A stretch of 64,000 nt of DNA, taken from assembly GCA_963771275.1 (NCBI GenBank), contig CAVYSW010000009.1, positions 320,001-384,000 of the forward strand, in the 5' to 3' direction. Source of the stretch: an uncultured Gemmatimonadales bacterium. Its GTDB lineage: Bacteria; Gemmatimonadota; Gemmatimonadetes; Gemmatimonadales; GWC2-71-9. The position numbers were made by a program, and so were the translations under genes. A model generated the notes under the pieces. It searched no databases. It had not been told where the DNA came from and saw only the letters and a list, made by a program, of their open reading frames with translations. This document shows, piece after piece, positions 22,289 to 32,153 of this stretch; position 1 is the first letter of the stretch; each line of letters starts with the position of its first letter.

Positions 22289-22747
22289 CTACTTCGTCCT
22301 GATCTCGACGCGCCGCGGCCTGGCCGCCTCGGCTTTGGGCAGCGCCACCGTGAGCAGGCCGTTCTCGAACCGCGCGCCGATGGCATCCGCTTTCACCGTG
22401 CGCGGCAGCGTGAAGCTCCGCTCGAAGCGGCCACAGCGCCGCTCCACCAGATGGTACTCGGCGTCGGCGTCGCCCTCGGACACCTCCTGCTTCTTCTCCC
22501 CCGCGATCGTGAGGATGTTGTTCTCGACGTTCACCTCGACATCCCCAGCGGCCAGACCGGGAAGCTCGGCAAGGACCTCGATCGTGTCGGCCGTCTCCCG
22601 CACGTCTACCACCGGGACCCACGGGCCGGCCACCGAGCCAGCCTGCGTGAAGAACCGGTCGAACACCCGGTCGACTTCCCGCCGCGTCGTGAACAGATCG
22701 CTCCACAGGGAAGGCGTCTCAGAACGCCAAAGAGTCGGGAAAGCCAT
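22289..22747 (-). CDS. Hsp20/alpha-crystallin small heat shock protein
   Basis: PVVDVRET, ELPG, LTIAGEK, ERRCGRFERSFTLP, FENGLLTVALPK, RRVEI. SD GGAGG before ATG 22747. Confidence 0.95.
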   Translation of the reverse strand: MAFPTLWRSETPSLWSDLFTTRREVDRVFDRFFTQAGSVAGPWVPVVDVRETADTIEVLAELPGLAAGDVEVNVENNILTIAGEKKQEVSEGDADAEYHLVERRCGRFERSFTLPRTVKADAIGARFENGLLTVALPKAEAARPRRVEIRTK

Positions 22748-22842
22748 ATCACCCTCCTGCTGATGCCTCAGCGTGCTGCGCTCCAGTCCGAGCGCCGTGT
22801 CCAGCCGGCCAACCCCGCGTCGGCCGTTCTGCCGCGTCACGT

Positions 22843-22858
22843 TGCAGAGCCCGTGCCG
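22843..22858 (-). promoter_or_regulatory. Candidate sigma54 (-24/-12) promoter for hsp20
   Basis: Minus strand CGGCACGGGCTCTGCA has GG-N10-GC spacing, about 95 nt upstream of the start. Confidence 0.45.
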
Positions 22859-23019
22859 TTCCGGCATGCCAGAATTGCATGTCACATCTGCCTATGGGAC
22901 AATCACTTGGGTCGTTTTGGCCGACCTGCTCCCTACGCTCCAGCCGGGTGGTCGGTCGCCTGCCACCGCGGTATCTTCATCACCTGATTGGCCCCGTCCC
23001 TGCCGGCTTCGGAGGTCGC

Positions 23020-24366
23020 ATGAATCCGATCGCAGTCCTGTTCGCCCTTACGCTGACCGCTCCACTCCTTGCCCAGGCCCCCCCGGCATCCCCCCCACTC
23101 GGTACGCTGCGTGAGCAGGCGGCATTGCAGCAGACCTGGCTCAAGGAGCGGCTCGAAACCGTATTGCCGGCGGTCATGCGACGGCATGCGGTGGACATGT
23201 GGGTCATCGCAATGCGGGAATACAACGAGGATCCGGTGTTCCCGGCGCTCGTGTCTCCCACGACGTTCGCCGCACGGCGCCGCACGATCTACGTGTTCTT
23301 CGATCGCGGGCCGGAGCGCGGGCTCGAGCGCATTGCGCTCGGCGGCGCCTCGCAGGGCGGGCTGTACGACGTCGTGCGGGAGACGGAGCTGGCACCCGAC
23401 GGACGGCCGCGCGAGCTATGGGGGCCGGCGCAGTGGCAACTGTTCGCCCGCGTCGTACGCGAGCGGAACCCGCAGCGCATCGCCGTCGATATTTCCCGGG
23501 ACTTCAATTTCGCCGACGGGTTGAGCGCCGGTGAGTGGGAGCAGCTGCAGGCCGCTCTCGGCCCCGACCTGGTCGCGCGGGTCGTCCGCGAGGACCGGCT
23601 CGCCACCGACTACCTGTCCCTTCGGGTCGGCGCGATGCTCCCCACCTACCGCCGGATGCAGGAGATCGCGCACGAGATCATCGGCGTGGCGTTCTCGAGC
23701 GCGGTGATCACGCCCGGCGTCACGACGACCGAGGACGTGGTGTGGTGGATGCGCCAGCGCCTGCTCGAGCTCGGCCTCGGCACGTGGTTCCAGCCGGACG
23801 TCGACGTCCAGCGCCGCGGCGTGGACATGAGCGACTCGGCCGGCCCGGTCATTCAGCGCGGCGACGTCCTGCACTGCGATTTCGGGATCACCGCCCTGGG
23901 TCTCAACACCGACACGCAGCACATGGGATATGTGCTGCGCGACGGCGAGATCGAGCCGCCCGCCGGCCTGCGCCAGGCGTTCGCCAACAGCAACCGGCTG
24001 CAGGACCTCGTCCTGACCGCCGCGAAACCCGGCCTGACCGGTAATCAGGTGCTCGCCGACGCGCTCGCACGGATGCGCGAAGCGGGGATCGACGGCACCG
24101 TCTACAGCCATCCGGTCGGCGACCACGGGCATGCCGCCGGTCCGCTGATCGGCCTGTGGGACCGCCAGGACGGCGTGCCGGCGCGCGGCGACATCCCGCT
24201 GCTCCCCGGCACGTGGTTTTCGATCGAGCTGCAGGCAACGACCCCCATCCCCGAATGGGGTGGCCAGAAAGTGCGCTCGATGCAGGAAGAAGACGCGGAG
24301 CTGCCGCCGACCGGCGCGATGCGCTGGATCCTCCAGCGCCAGACGGCGTTCCACCTGGTGCGCTAG
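23020..24366 (+). CDS. Secreted M24-family (Xaa-Pro-like) metallopeptidase
   Basis: Signal peptide, REYNEDPVF, HCDFGI...NTDTQH, YSHPVGDHGHAAGP, SIEL, QEED. SD GGAGG. Confidence 0.85.
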   Translation: MNPIAVLFALTLTAPLLAQAPPASPPLGTLREQAALQQTWLKERLETVLPAVMRRHAVDMWVIAMREYNEDPVFPALVSPTTFAARRRTIYVFFDRGPERGLERIALGGASQGGLYDVVRETELAPDGRPRELWGPAQWQLFARVVRERNPQRIAVDISRDFNFADGLSAGEWEQLQAALGPDLVARVVREDRLATDYLSLRVGAMLPTYRRMQEIAHEIIGVAFSSAVITPGVTTTEDVVWWMRQRLLELGLGTWFQPDVDVQRRGVDMSDSAGPVIQRGDVLHCDFGITALGLNTDTQHMGYVLRDGEIEPPAGLRQAFANSNRLQDLVLTAAKPGLTGNQVLADALARMREAGIDGTVYSHPVGDHGHAAGPLIGLWDRQDGVPARGDIPLLPGTWFSIELQATTPIPEWGGQKVRSMQEEDAELPPTGAMRWILQRQTAFHLVR

Positions 24367-24374
24367 GTCCGTCC

Positions 24375-25463
24375 ATGCCGACGCTCGCCGATCTCCCCAC
24401 ACCGGCGCTGCTGCTCGATGTCGACCGGCTGGAGGCGAATCTGTCCCGGATGGCGCTGCGGTGCGACGCGCTCGACGTGGCGCTTCGCCCACATCTCAAG
24501 ACCCACAAGTGCGTCGAGGTCGCCGAGCGCCAGCGCCGGCACGGGGCCCGCGGCGCCACGGTCTCGACGCTGTACGAGGCCCGGGTCTTTGCCGACCACG
24601 GCTTCGACGACATCACCTGGGCGTTCCCCTTCATTCCTTCCCGCTTCGAGGAAGCGCGCCGACTCGCCGAGCGCATCACGCTGCGGATCACGCTGGACGC
24701 GCCGGAGACGCTCGCAATGCTCGAGGCCGCCGGGTTCCCGTTCCACGTCTGGCTCAAGATCGATTGCGGCTATCATCGGGCTGGGCTCGATCCCGCCGCC
24801 CCGGCGACGCTGGGTCTCGCCCGGCGCCTCGCCGCCTCCCCCACCCTGGTGCTCGACGGTCTGCTGACGCATTCCGGTCACGCCTACCATGCGGGGAGTC
24901 GCGCCGACCTCCAGCGCATCGCCGAGCAGGAACGACACGCCGTCGCCGAGCTGCGGGCGCGCCTCGCGCGCGAGGGCATCGACGTGGCCGCGTCCGTGGG
25001 GTCCACGCCCGCGATGTCCGCCGTCGCGAGCCTCGCGGGCGTGCAGGAGGCCCGGCCCGGGAACTACGCGTTCTACGACGGGATGCAGGTAGGGATCGGC
25101 TCGTGCGCCGCGACCGATTGCGCGGTGACGGTCCTTGCCACGGTCGTGTCGTCCCAGCCGCGCGCGGCCCATTGCGTCGTGGATGCCGGGGCGCTGGCTC
25201 TATCGAAGGATACGGCCCCGCAGCTCGCCGCTGCCGGGTTCGGCACCGTGTACGACGACTACGCGTCAGGCACCCTGCTCTCGGGCGCCCGGCTCAGCGG
25301 GCTGAGCCAGGAGCACGGCACGCTGATCCCACGGCTCCCGGTCGGCACGCGCGTGCGTATCCTCCCCAATCACTCGTGCCTCACCGTCGCATGCTTCGAC
25401 GAGTACCATGTCGTCCGGGGCGATGCGGTCGTGGATCACTGGAAGATCTGGCGCGGGCGGTGA
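24375..25463 (+). CDS. Fold-type III PLP enzyme (D-threonine aldolase / D-serine dehydratase family)
   Basis: LPTPALLLD, RPHLKTHK, HSGHAY, GSTP, RPGNY.FYD, SQEHG, PNHSC. Confidence 0.9.
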   Translation: MPTLADLPTPALLLDVDRLEANLSRMALRCDALDVALRPHLKTHKCVEVAERQRRHGARGATVSTLYEARVFADHGFDDITWAFPFIPSRFEEARRLAERITLRITLDAPETLAMLEAAGFPFHVWLKIDCGYHRAGLDPAAPATLGLARRLAASPTLVLDGLLTHSGHAYHAGSRADLQRIAEQERHAVAELRARLAREGIDVAASVGSTPAMSAVASLAGVQEARPGNYAFYDGMQVGIGSCAATDCAVTVLATVVSSQPRAAHCVVDAGALALSKDTAPQLAAAGFGTVYDDYASGTLLSGARLSGLSQEHGTLIPRLPVGTRVRILPNHSCLTVACFDEYHVVRGDAVVDHWKIWRGR

Positions 25464-25538
25464 GCGGGAGGACGGTCAGGCAATCCCTGCCCCGCGCGCC
25501 GCTGGGAGGGGCGGATCCGGAACCAGGGGAGGCGCCGG

Positions 25539-26909
25539 TCACGCCCCGCGCGCGCGAACCGCGCGCGCCCCCGCCATCCCCGACCCGGCAAGGAGCCACA
25601 ACAGCGCCGTCATCACCGCGGCCGACGCGAGACACCATGCGCACACGGCCCCGATCACGAAGGGCTCGAGCACCGTCAGCACCACCGACCCCGCCGTGCC
25701 GCTGAGGGCCAGCAGGAACGCGACCACCGCGGCCCAGTCACCAGTCCGCCCGCGACCGGCGCGAGCCGTTGCCCACGCCGTGAGTATCCCGAGATACCAG
25801 ACGAGACCGATCACCGCCACCGGTACGACACCGAGAAGGCGGGCGTACGGGCTATGCTGGACCGCATTACAGTCGCCGACGGGACCGCACACCGCCGTGG
25901 CGCCGGTGGTCTCGACGTACGTGAGATAGGCCGCGATCGCCACGCCGGCCAGCACGAGGAGCGGCACGGCCGCCCTGGTCGCCGGAGCGCCCCACGCCGG
26001 CACGCGCACGCCGATCCAGATCAGGCTCGCGAGCATGGCCACGATCAGCGCCAACGCAGCCACCGTGCCGATCGGATCGACCTGGAGCGTTTGCAGCAGG
26101 ACCATCCCCTGCCCAGCGCCGAGTGCGTTCGGCGGCACTGCCGATGTGGGAGCCGGGGCGGCTGGGGGCCCCGCACGACCCACGGCGATGCTCTCCGGTT
26201 GAGGGAGAGCGGGGACGGCGGCGGCCGGGGCTCGCGCGGAGTCCGCGTCGCGGGGGGGGGCCCTCCGGGGCTGGGCTGCGCGCGCCGCCGAGTCGCGCAC
26301 GACGGCGCTGGGTTGGGCCGGGGCCGCTCCGGACGCCGAGTCGGCACGCGGGCGCCCGCCGCTGTCGCGGCGCACCGTTGCCGAGTCACGGGCCGCTACC
26401 CCCAGCGGGCTCCCGAGTCCGGGGTCGTATCCCGGAGGGAAGACCTCGACCAGACCGCCGATCGCCGGCCAGGGAATCCCACCCGCCGCCAGTCCCCTCC
26501 TGATGATCCCCGGAAACCGCTCGGGGATCTCCAGCGACCCGACGAGCACGCTGTCCCCGCAGAGCAGCCGGGGCACTCCCTGCCGCTCGGCCGGAATCGC
26601 GAACGCTTGGGTCACCCGGTCGTACAGCTCGCGGCCGGCCGGCTCCGTCGTGTTCACCAGCAGCAGCGCGAGCGACTGGTTCACCAGCACGTGTCCGGCG
26701 CTTCCCTGGTAGAAGCGCGGTTCGCTCCCGACCGCCGCGAAGATGCCCGGCAGGTCTTCCTGGATCACCGTGTGGCAGTGGGGACACGTGGGCGAGTAGA
26801 ACAGGATGGCCCGTGCGACGCTCCCCTGTGCGGGAAGCGCAGTCGGCAGGGACACCGCGCCCGGCAGCCACACGAGACTCACGCTCAGCATCATCGACCG
26901 TCGAATCAT
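25539..26909 (-). CDS. Thioredoxin-like domain fused to vitamin K epoxide reductase (VKOR/DsbB analogue)
   Basis: Signal peptide, FYSPTCPHC, long Pro/Ala/Ser linker, then VKOR with CGPVGDC, SPYARLLGVVP and CAWC. SD GGAGG before ATG 26909. Confidence 0.88.
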   Translation of the reverse strand: MIRRSMMLSVSLVWLPGAVSLPTALPAQGSVARAILFYSPTCPHCHTVIQEDLPGIFAAVGSEPRFYQGSAGHVLVNQSLALLLVNTTEPAGRELYDRVTQAFAIPAERQGVPRLLCGDSVLVGSLEIPERFPGIIRRGLAAGGIPWPAIGGLVEVFPPGYDPGLGSPLGVAARDSATVRRDSGGRPRADSASGAAPAQPSAVVRDSAARAAQPRRAPPRDADSARAPAAAVPALPQPESIAVGRAGPPAAPAPTSAVPPNALGAGQGMVLLQTLQVDPIGTVAALALIVAMLASLIWIGVRVPAWGAPATRAAVPLLVLAGVAIAAYLTYVETTGATAVCGPVGDCNAVQHSPYARLLGVVPVAVIGLVWYLGILTAWATARAGRGRTGDWAAVVAFLLALSGTAGSVVLTVLEPFVIGAVCAWCLASAAVMTALLWLLAGSGMAGARAVRARGA

Positions 26910-27023
26910 CCAGCGCCTCCGGGGACGTCCCACGTAAAGTAGCCGCGCGCCTGGCTGCGCGGCGGTTCGCTGCCCGCCCATCTCACCAGTATCTTGCCTG
27001 GTGTCCCCAACCACCACGCGGTC

Positions 27024-27779
27024 ATGGACGACGCCTCTCGCCTGCTCTGGATCGTCCCCTTCAGCCTGCTGGGCAGTGTCGGCGCGGTGACGCTGTCCGC
27101 CGTCCTGCTGCTCGTCCGGGCGCCGACGCGCGCGCGCCTCGTGCCGCCGCTCGTGAGCTATGCGGCCGGAACCCTCCTGGGAGCCGCGCTGCTCGGCCTG
27201 CTCCCGGAAGCCCTGCATGCGGCCCGGCCGGAAGCGGTCTTGCCGGTCACGCTCGCCGGGATCGTGCTGTTCTTCATCCTGGAGCGCACGCTGATCTGGC
27301 GTCATTGCCACGAGGAAGGGTGCGAGCGCCACTCCACGGCGGGCTCCCTGGTCCTCATCGGCGACGGGTTCCACAATCTCACCGACGGGATCATCATCGC
27401 CACGGCGTTCCTCGTCTCCGTCCCCCTGGGCATCGGGACCTCGCTCGCCGTCATCATCCACGAGATTCCGCAGGAGATCGGTGATTTCGCCCTGCTGCTG
27501 GACTCAGGCTACCGACCCCGCTCGGCATTCCTGTGGAATGCGCTCTCGGCCGCGGCCACGCTTCCCGGGGCCGTGGGCGGCTACTACCTGCTCGCACCGC
27601 TTCGCACGGCGGTACCCTACGTCATGGCGCTCTCGGCGGCGAGCTTCCTGTACATCGCCATGGCCGATCTGATGCCCCACCTCCACCAACGGGGCAGAGA
27701 CCAGCGCTTCGCGCTCCAGGTCACGTTGATGGCCGCGGGAATCGGCACGATCGTCCTCGTGCGGACCCTGTCGAGGTGA
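27024..27779 (+). CDS. ZIP-family divalent metal transporter
   Basis: LLPEA, His-rich loop HCHEEGCERH, GDGFHNLTDG, HEIPQEIGDF, FLYIAMADLMP. Confidence 0.93.
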   Translation: MDDASRLLWIVPFSLLGSVGAVTLSAVLLLVRAPTRARLVPPLVSYAAGTLLGAALLGLLPEALHAARPEAVLPVTLAGIVLFFILERTLIWRHCHEEGCERHSTAGSLVLIGDGFHNLTDGIIIATAFLVSVPLGIGTSLAVIIHEIPQEIGDFALLLDSGYRPRSAFLWNALSAAATLPGAVGGYYLLAPLRTAVPYVMALSAASFLYIAMADLMPHLHQRGRDQRFALQVTLMAAGIGTIVLVRTLSR

Positions 27780-27888
27780 CTGCCGCATCGGTCACCACCG
27801 ACCCGGTCCCGCATGCCGTGGTGGCGATGTGACCTCCGCGACTGAACGGGGGTATCCGCTGCACAGCGAAGCCTCGATGGAGGCACCA

Positions 27889-29133
27889 ATGGTCCCGGTC
27901 CGTCGTACTCTGGCTCTGGCGCTCCTGGCGAGCGCCGCGGTGGCGTGCGGTGACGGCCCCGCTGGCCCTATTACCGACCTCCCCCGTCCCCTCACCAGCG
28001 GCGAAGCGCAGCTCGTCGCGGCCGACAACGGCTTCGCCTTTCGCCTGCTCGGCACGATCGCCGCGGCGGATGCGGGCGCCAACCTGTTCATCTCGCCGCT
28101 CAGCGTCGGCATGGCGCTCGGTATGGCCTACAACGGCGCGGCCGGCGGGACGGCGGACGCGATGCGGCTGACGCTCGGCTTCGATGGCCTCACGCAGGAC
28201 GAGATCAACACCTCCTATCGCAGCCTGATCGACCTGTTGCGCGGTCTCGACCCCAGTGTCGAGTTCGCCATCGCCAACTCCGTGTGGTACCGGCCGGACT
28301 TCGCCCTCGATTCCGCGTTCCTCGATCGCACGGAGCGCTACTTCGATGCGGCGGTGCGTCCGCTCGATTTCGCGAGCCCCGACGCCGCGCCGACGATCAA
28401 TCGATGGGTCTCCGACGCGACCCACGCGAGGATCACGGAGATCGTCGATTCCCCGATCCCGCCCGATGCCATCGCGTACCTGATCAACGCGATCTACTTC
28501 AAGGGCAGCTGGACTTCTCAGTTCCCGCGCGACGCCACGCGCCCCGGGCCGTTCCACCGGGCCGATGGGACCAGCCGGGACGTGCCGATGATGCGGACCC
28601 CGGAGCCGATTCCCGTGCGGCACGCGTGGACGGGCGCCGCGGAGGTGCTCGACCTGCCCTATGGTGGGGGCGCCTACAGCATGACGATCGTGTTGCCGGC
28701 CGCCGGCGTAGCGCTCGATTCGATGGTGGGCACGCTGACCCAGGCGCAATGGGACGGCTGGATCGGCGCGCTCGACTCGACGGCGCTGCTCGTCACCATG
28801 CCCAAGTTTCAGCTCGAGTACGAGAAGTCCCTGGTGGACGCGCTCGAGGTGCTCGGCATGAAGGTGGCCTTCTGTCGCAACATCCCGGCCTTCAGCCCGG
28901 ACTTCACGGCCATGTACCCGCCGGGTGGCGCGTGCATCAGCAACGTCAAGCACAAGACGTGGGTTGACGTGAACGAGGAGGGCACCGAGGCCGCGGCTGT
29001 GACATCGGTGGAGGTGGGAGTCACGAGCGCCCCGCCGAGCATCACCGTCGATCGGCCGTTCCTGTTCGCGATCCGCGAGCGCCTGTCGGGCACGATCCTG
29101 TTCATCGGGGCGATCGCCGACCCGGGCGCGTGA
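27889..29133 (+). CDS. Serpin (serine protease inhibitor), lipoprotein
   Basis: Lipobox AVAC, NLFISPLS, INAIYFKGSW, MPKF, hinge VNEEGTEAAAVT, DRPFLF. Confidence 0.95.
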   Translation: MVPVRRTLALALLASAAVACGDGPAGPITDLPRPLTSGEAQLVAADNGFAFRLLGTIAAADAGANLFISPLSVGMALGMAYNGAAGGTADAMRLTLGFDGLTQDEINTSYRSLIDLLRGLDPSVEFAIANSVWYRPDFALDSAFLDRTERYFDAAVRPLDFASPDAAPTINRWVSDATHARITEIVDSPIPPDAIAYLINAIYFKGSWTSQFPRDATRPGPFHRADGTSRDVPMMRTPEPIPVRHAWTGAAEVLDLPYGGGAYSMTIVLPAAGVALDSMVGTLTQAQWDGWIGALDSTALLVTMPKFQLEYEKSLVDALEVLGMKVAFCRNIPAFSPDFTAMYPPGGACISNVKHKTWVDVNEEGTEAAAVTSVEVGVTSAPPSITVDRPFLFAIRERLSGTILFIGAIADPGA

Positions 29134-29169
29134 CCCGCTTCGTGGCGCCGGGCCGGGCGCCGCGACACC

Positions 29170-30813
29170 CTAGAGGCGGCGGCGGTAGACGACCGCCCCC
29201 CCCACCATCGTCAGGTCCACCGGCACGCGCTCGATCTGGACCGGATCGATGGTGAGAATGTCCTCCGCCAGCACGACGAGATCGGCGTACTTCCCGACCG
29301 CGATCGTCCCCAGCACGCCCTCGAGGTAGTCGGCGTACGCGTTGCTGCGCGTGTACGCCGTGAGCGCCTCCTCCACGCTGATCTTCTGCTGCGGCAGCCA
29401 ACCGTCAGGATTGGCCCCGTCGAGGGTCCGGCGCGTCACCGCCGCATAGATGCCGTACAGCGGATCGAGCGGCGCCACCGTCCAGTCACTGCCGAAGGTG
29501 AGGCGCGCCCCCGCATCGAGCAGACTGCGGAAGGCGTAAGCGCCCTTGAGCCGCTCGGGGCCGATGCGTCTGACCGCCCAGCGACCGTCGTCGATGGCAT
29601 GATACGGCTGCATCGAGGGGATCACGCCTTCCTGCCCGATCCGCCGAATCGCGTCGGGAGTGAGGTGCTGCGCGTGCTCGATGCGGAATCGCTGGTTGGC
29701 GTTGTGGTTTCGCTTGGTGGCCTCCGCGTACACGCCAAGGAGCCAGTCGTTGGCGCGGTCGCCGATCGCGTGCACCACCACCTGGAGTCCCGCCGAGTCG
29801 GCACTCAGGATCTGGGCGCGCAGCTCGGCTGTGTCGGTCACGGTGAGACCCGTGGTATTGGGCGCATCGTCATACGGCTGATAGAACCAGGCGGTCGTCG
29901 AGCCCAGCGAGCCGTCCACGAAGCCCTTGGCGGCGCCCCACGCCAACCGATGGTCCCCCCGCCCGTGGCGCCCGATGTACTGCGCGAGGCGAGGCCATGT
30001 GGCGATCGGCACCGCGGCGTACACCCTGAGCGGCAGCCGGCCGGCCGCCGCAGCACGCCGATACGTCTCCAGACCGGCCCAGGTCCCCATGTCGGTCACG
30101 TGGGTGACGCCGCGCTCGACCGCGTAGCGCGCCGCCGCATCGAGCGCGCGGTCCAGCTCGGCCTCGGTCGGCTCCGGGATCGCGGCGAACACGAGTCCCT
30201 GCGCCTCGTCCTTCAGGATGCCGGTCGGCCGGCCCGCGGCGTCCCGCACGATCGTGCCGCCCGGTGGATCGCGGGTCTCGGCGGTGACCCCGGCGAGCGC
30301 CAAGGCCCGGCTGTTGGCCAGCCCCATGTGCCCGTCGAGACGGCTCACGAACACCGGGGTTTCTCCCGTGACCGAGTCGATCCAATCGCGCCGGGGCAGG
30401 TCCCCGCCCCACAGCTCGTGATCCCAGGTCCCTCCCTGCACCCAGGAGTCCGGGTGCAGCCGCACGAACTCGGCGATCCGCCGGATGAACTCCTGCGGCG
30501 TGGCGGCGTCGCGCAGCTGCACCCCCGCCAGCTCGAACCCGCCGGAAATGAAGTGGGTGTGGTTGTCGATCAGGCCCGGGACCAGGAGCCGCCCGTCGAG
30601 CGCGATCCGCTCCGTCCGAGGGCCGGCCATCCGGGAAATGGCCGCATCGTCCCCCACCCCTACGATCCGCCCATCTCGAACGGCCACCGCGCTGGCGGTG
30701 GCACCCGTTCCCGTCCAGACCTTGCCGCCCACGAACACGGTATCCGCCGGTTTCACGCATCCGCTTGCGGCCATGACCACCCCCAGCAGCGCCAAGCGCC
30801 TGACTGTCGCCAT
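29170..30813 (-). CDS. Amidohydrolase (YtcJ / amidohydrolase-3 type), lipoprotein
   Basis: Lipobox ASGC, PGLIDNHTH, KGFVDGSLGS, HAIGD, RIEHAQ, FGSDW, GKYADLVVL. Confidence 0.92.
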   Translation of the reverse strand: MATVRRLALLGVVMAASGCVKPADTVFVGGKVWTGTGATASAVAVRDGRIVGVGDDAAISRMAGPRTERIALDGRLLVPGLIDNHTHFISGGFELAGVQLRDAATPQEFIRRIAEFVRLHPDSWVQGGTWDHELWGGDLPRRDWIDSVTGETPVFVSRLDGHMGLANSRALALAGVTAETRDPPGGTIVRDAAGRPTGILKDEAQGLVFAAIPEPTEAELDRALDAAARYAVERGVTHVTDMGTWAGLETYRRAAAAGRLPLRVYAAVPIATWPRLAQYIGRHGRGDHRLAWGAAKGFVDGSLGSTTAWFYQPYDDAPNTTGLTVTDTAELRAQILSADSAGLQVVVHAIGDRANDWLLGVYAEATKRNHNANQRFRIEHAQHLTPDAIRRIGQEGVIPSMQPYHAIDDGRWAVRRIGPERLKGAYAFRSLLDAGARLTFGSDWTVAPLDPLYGIYAAVTRRTLDGANPDGWLPQQKISVEEALTAYTRSNAYADYLEGVLGTIAVGKYADLVVLAEDILTIDPVQIERVPVDLTMVGGAVVYRRRL

Positions 30814-31088
30814 GAGTCCCTCCGCGCAGGAAGATCACCCGCCGTACCAGAGGTCGCCACGGTCGGGTTCACGACTGCATGTCACCGGGGCCACGCCCGG
30901 CCGCTCGCCCGTGCCCACGGATCATGGTCAACGATACGTGAGTAATCACTTGCAGTGCTCCGTCAAGGAAAACCGGCCCAGAATGCACCTTTCGCTCCAT
31001 TGGCTTCGTGAGCATAACGCGTTGTAATGACGACAGTTGCGATGCAATGGCTACCGCGTTCGCCGGGGACCAAGTACCTTGGAGGTCG

Positions 31089-32153
31089 ATGCCTTCGCCG
31101 CCGTTGTACGGACATGATCGCCTGGTCAGCCGGCTGGGAGCCGCCATGGCGTCCGGCCGGTTTCCGCAGGCGCTGCTGTTTGCCGGTCCTCCCGGGGTCG
31201 GGAAGCAGCGGCTCGCGTTGTGGGTGGCCCAGGCGTTGCTGTGCGAGCGCGGTTTTGGGGCACCGTGCGGGACCTGCCCGGACTGCCGTCAGGTCCTGGA
31301 CCTGGCGCATCCGGATCTTCACTGGTTCGTGCCGATCCCCCGGCCCAAGGCCGCCGACCCGGCAAAACAGATGGAGGAAGCCCGCGAGCTGATTGGCGAG
31401 GCGATGGCCGAGCGCCGGACGGGCAGGCCCTACCGCCGCCCCGACGGCCTGGCGAGCCATGGCTTGGCGTCCGTCCGGGTCCTGCAGCGGGTCGTGGGAC
31501 TGACCCCGTTCCGCGGGCGCCGCAAGGTGATCATCCTGGGTGACGCGGAGCGCCTGGTGGTGCAGGACGCGAGCCCGGAAGCGGCCAATGCGCTGCTCAA
31601 GGTGCTGGAGGAGCCACCGGCGGACACCACGCTGATCCTGACGGCCGCCGAGCCGCAGACGCTGCTCCCGACGATCCGCTCGCGGCTCGTCACGGTCCGC
31701 ATCGGACCGGTCGGCGACGACGTGGTGCGACAGTTTCTGACCCGCGAGCTAGCCCCGCCGCCAGCCGGGCGGGCGCTCGAGCGGCGCGTGACGTTGGCGG
31801 AGGGGCTGATCGGTCGCGCGCTGTGGATGGACGACGATGGAGCGGATGGCGCGGACACCCAGGCCAGGTCCTTCCTCGCCGCGGTCCAGGCGGGGCCGGA
31901 GCGCTGGACGCCCCTGGTGCTGGCGCAGCCCCCGTGGGGTGCGCGTGGAGGGTACGGGGCAATGCTGGACGCTCTCGCCATGGCCCTGCGTCAGTCGCTG
32001 GTCGACGGCGTGGCCCGGCCGGACCACTCCGACCTCACACGGCACTTGGCGGCCCTGCGGCGGGTCGACGAGGCACGGGCGGAGGTGGGACGCAACGTGA
32101 ACCCTCAGCTCGCCCTCGCGGTGCTGGCGCACGATCTCGTGGGGCTCACATGA
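31089..32153 (+). CDS. holB: DNA polymerase III delta-prime subunit
   Basis: LLFAGPPGVGK, CGTCPDC Zn site, HPDL, AANALLKVLEEPP, LLPTIRSR. Confidence 0.88.
   Translation: MPSPPLYGHDRLVSRLGAAMASGRFPQALLFAGPPGVGKQRLALWVAQALLCERGFGAPCGTCPDCRQVLDLAHPDLHWFVPIPRPKAADPAKQMEEARELIGEAMAERRTGRPYRRPDGLASHGLASVRVLQRVVGLTPFRGRRKVIILGDAERLVVQDASPEAANALLKVLEEPPADTTLILTAAEPQTLLPTIRSRLVTVRIGPVGDDVVRQFLTRELAPPPAGRALERRVTLAEGLIGRALWMDDDGADGADTQARSFLAAVQAGPERWTPLVLAQPPWGARGGYGAMLDALAMALRQSLVDGVARPDHSDLTRHLAALRRVDEARAEVGRNVNPQLALAVLAHDLVGLT

Noticed and set aside
22775..22797. CIRCE operator upstream of hsp20
   Set aside because: The inverted repeat GCGCTC-N6-GAGCGC has the wrong spacing and sequence for TTAGCACTC-N9-GAGTGCTAA.
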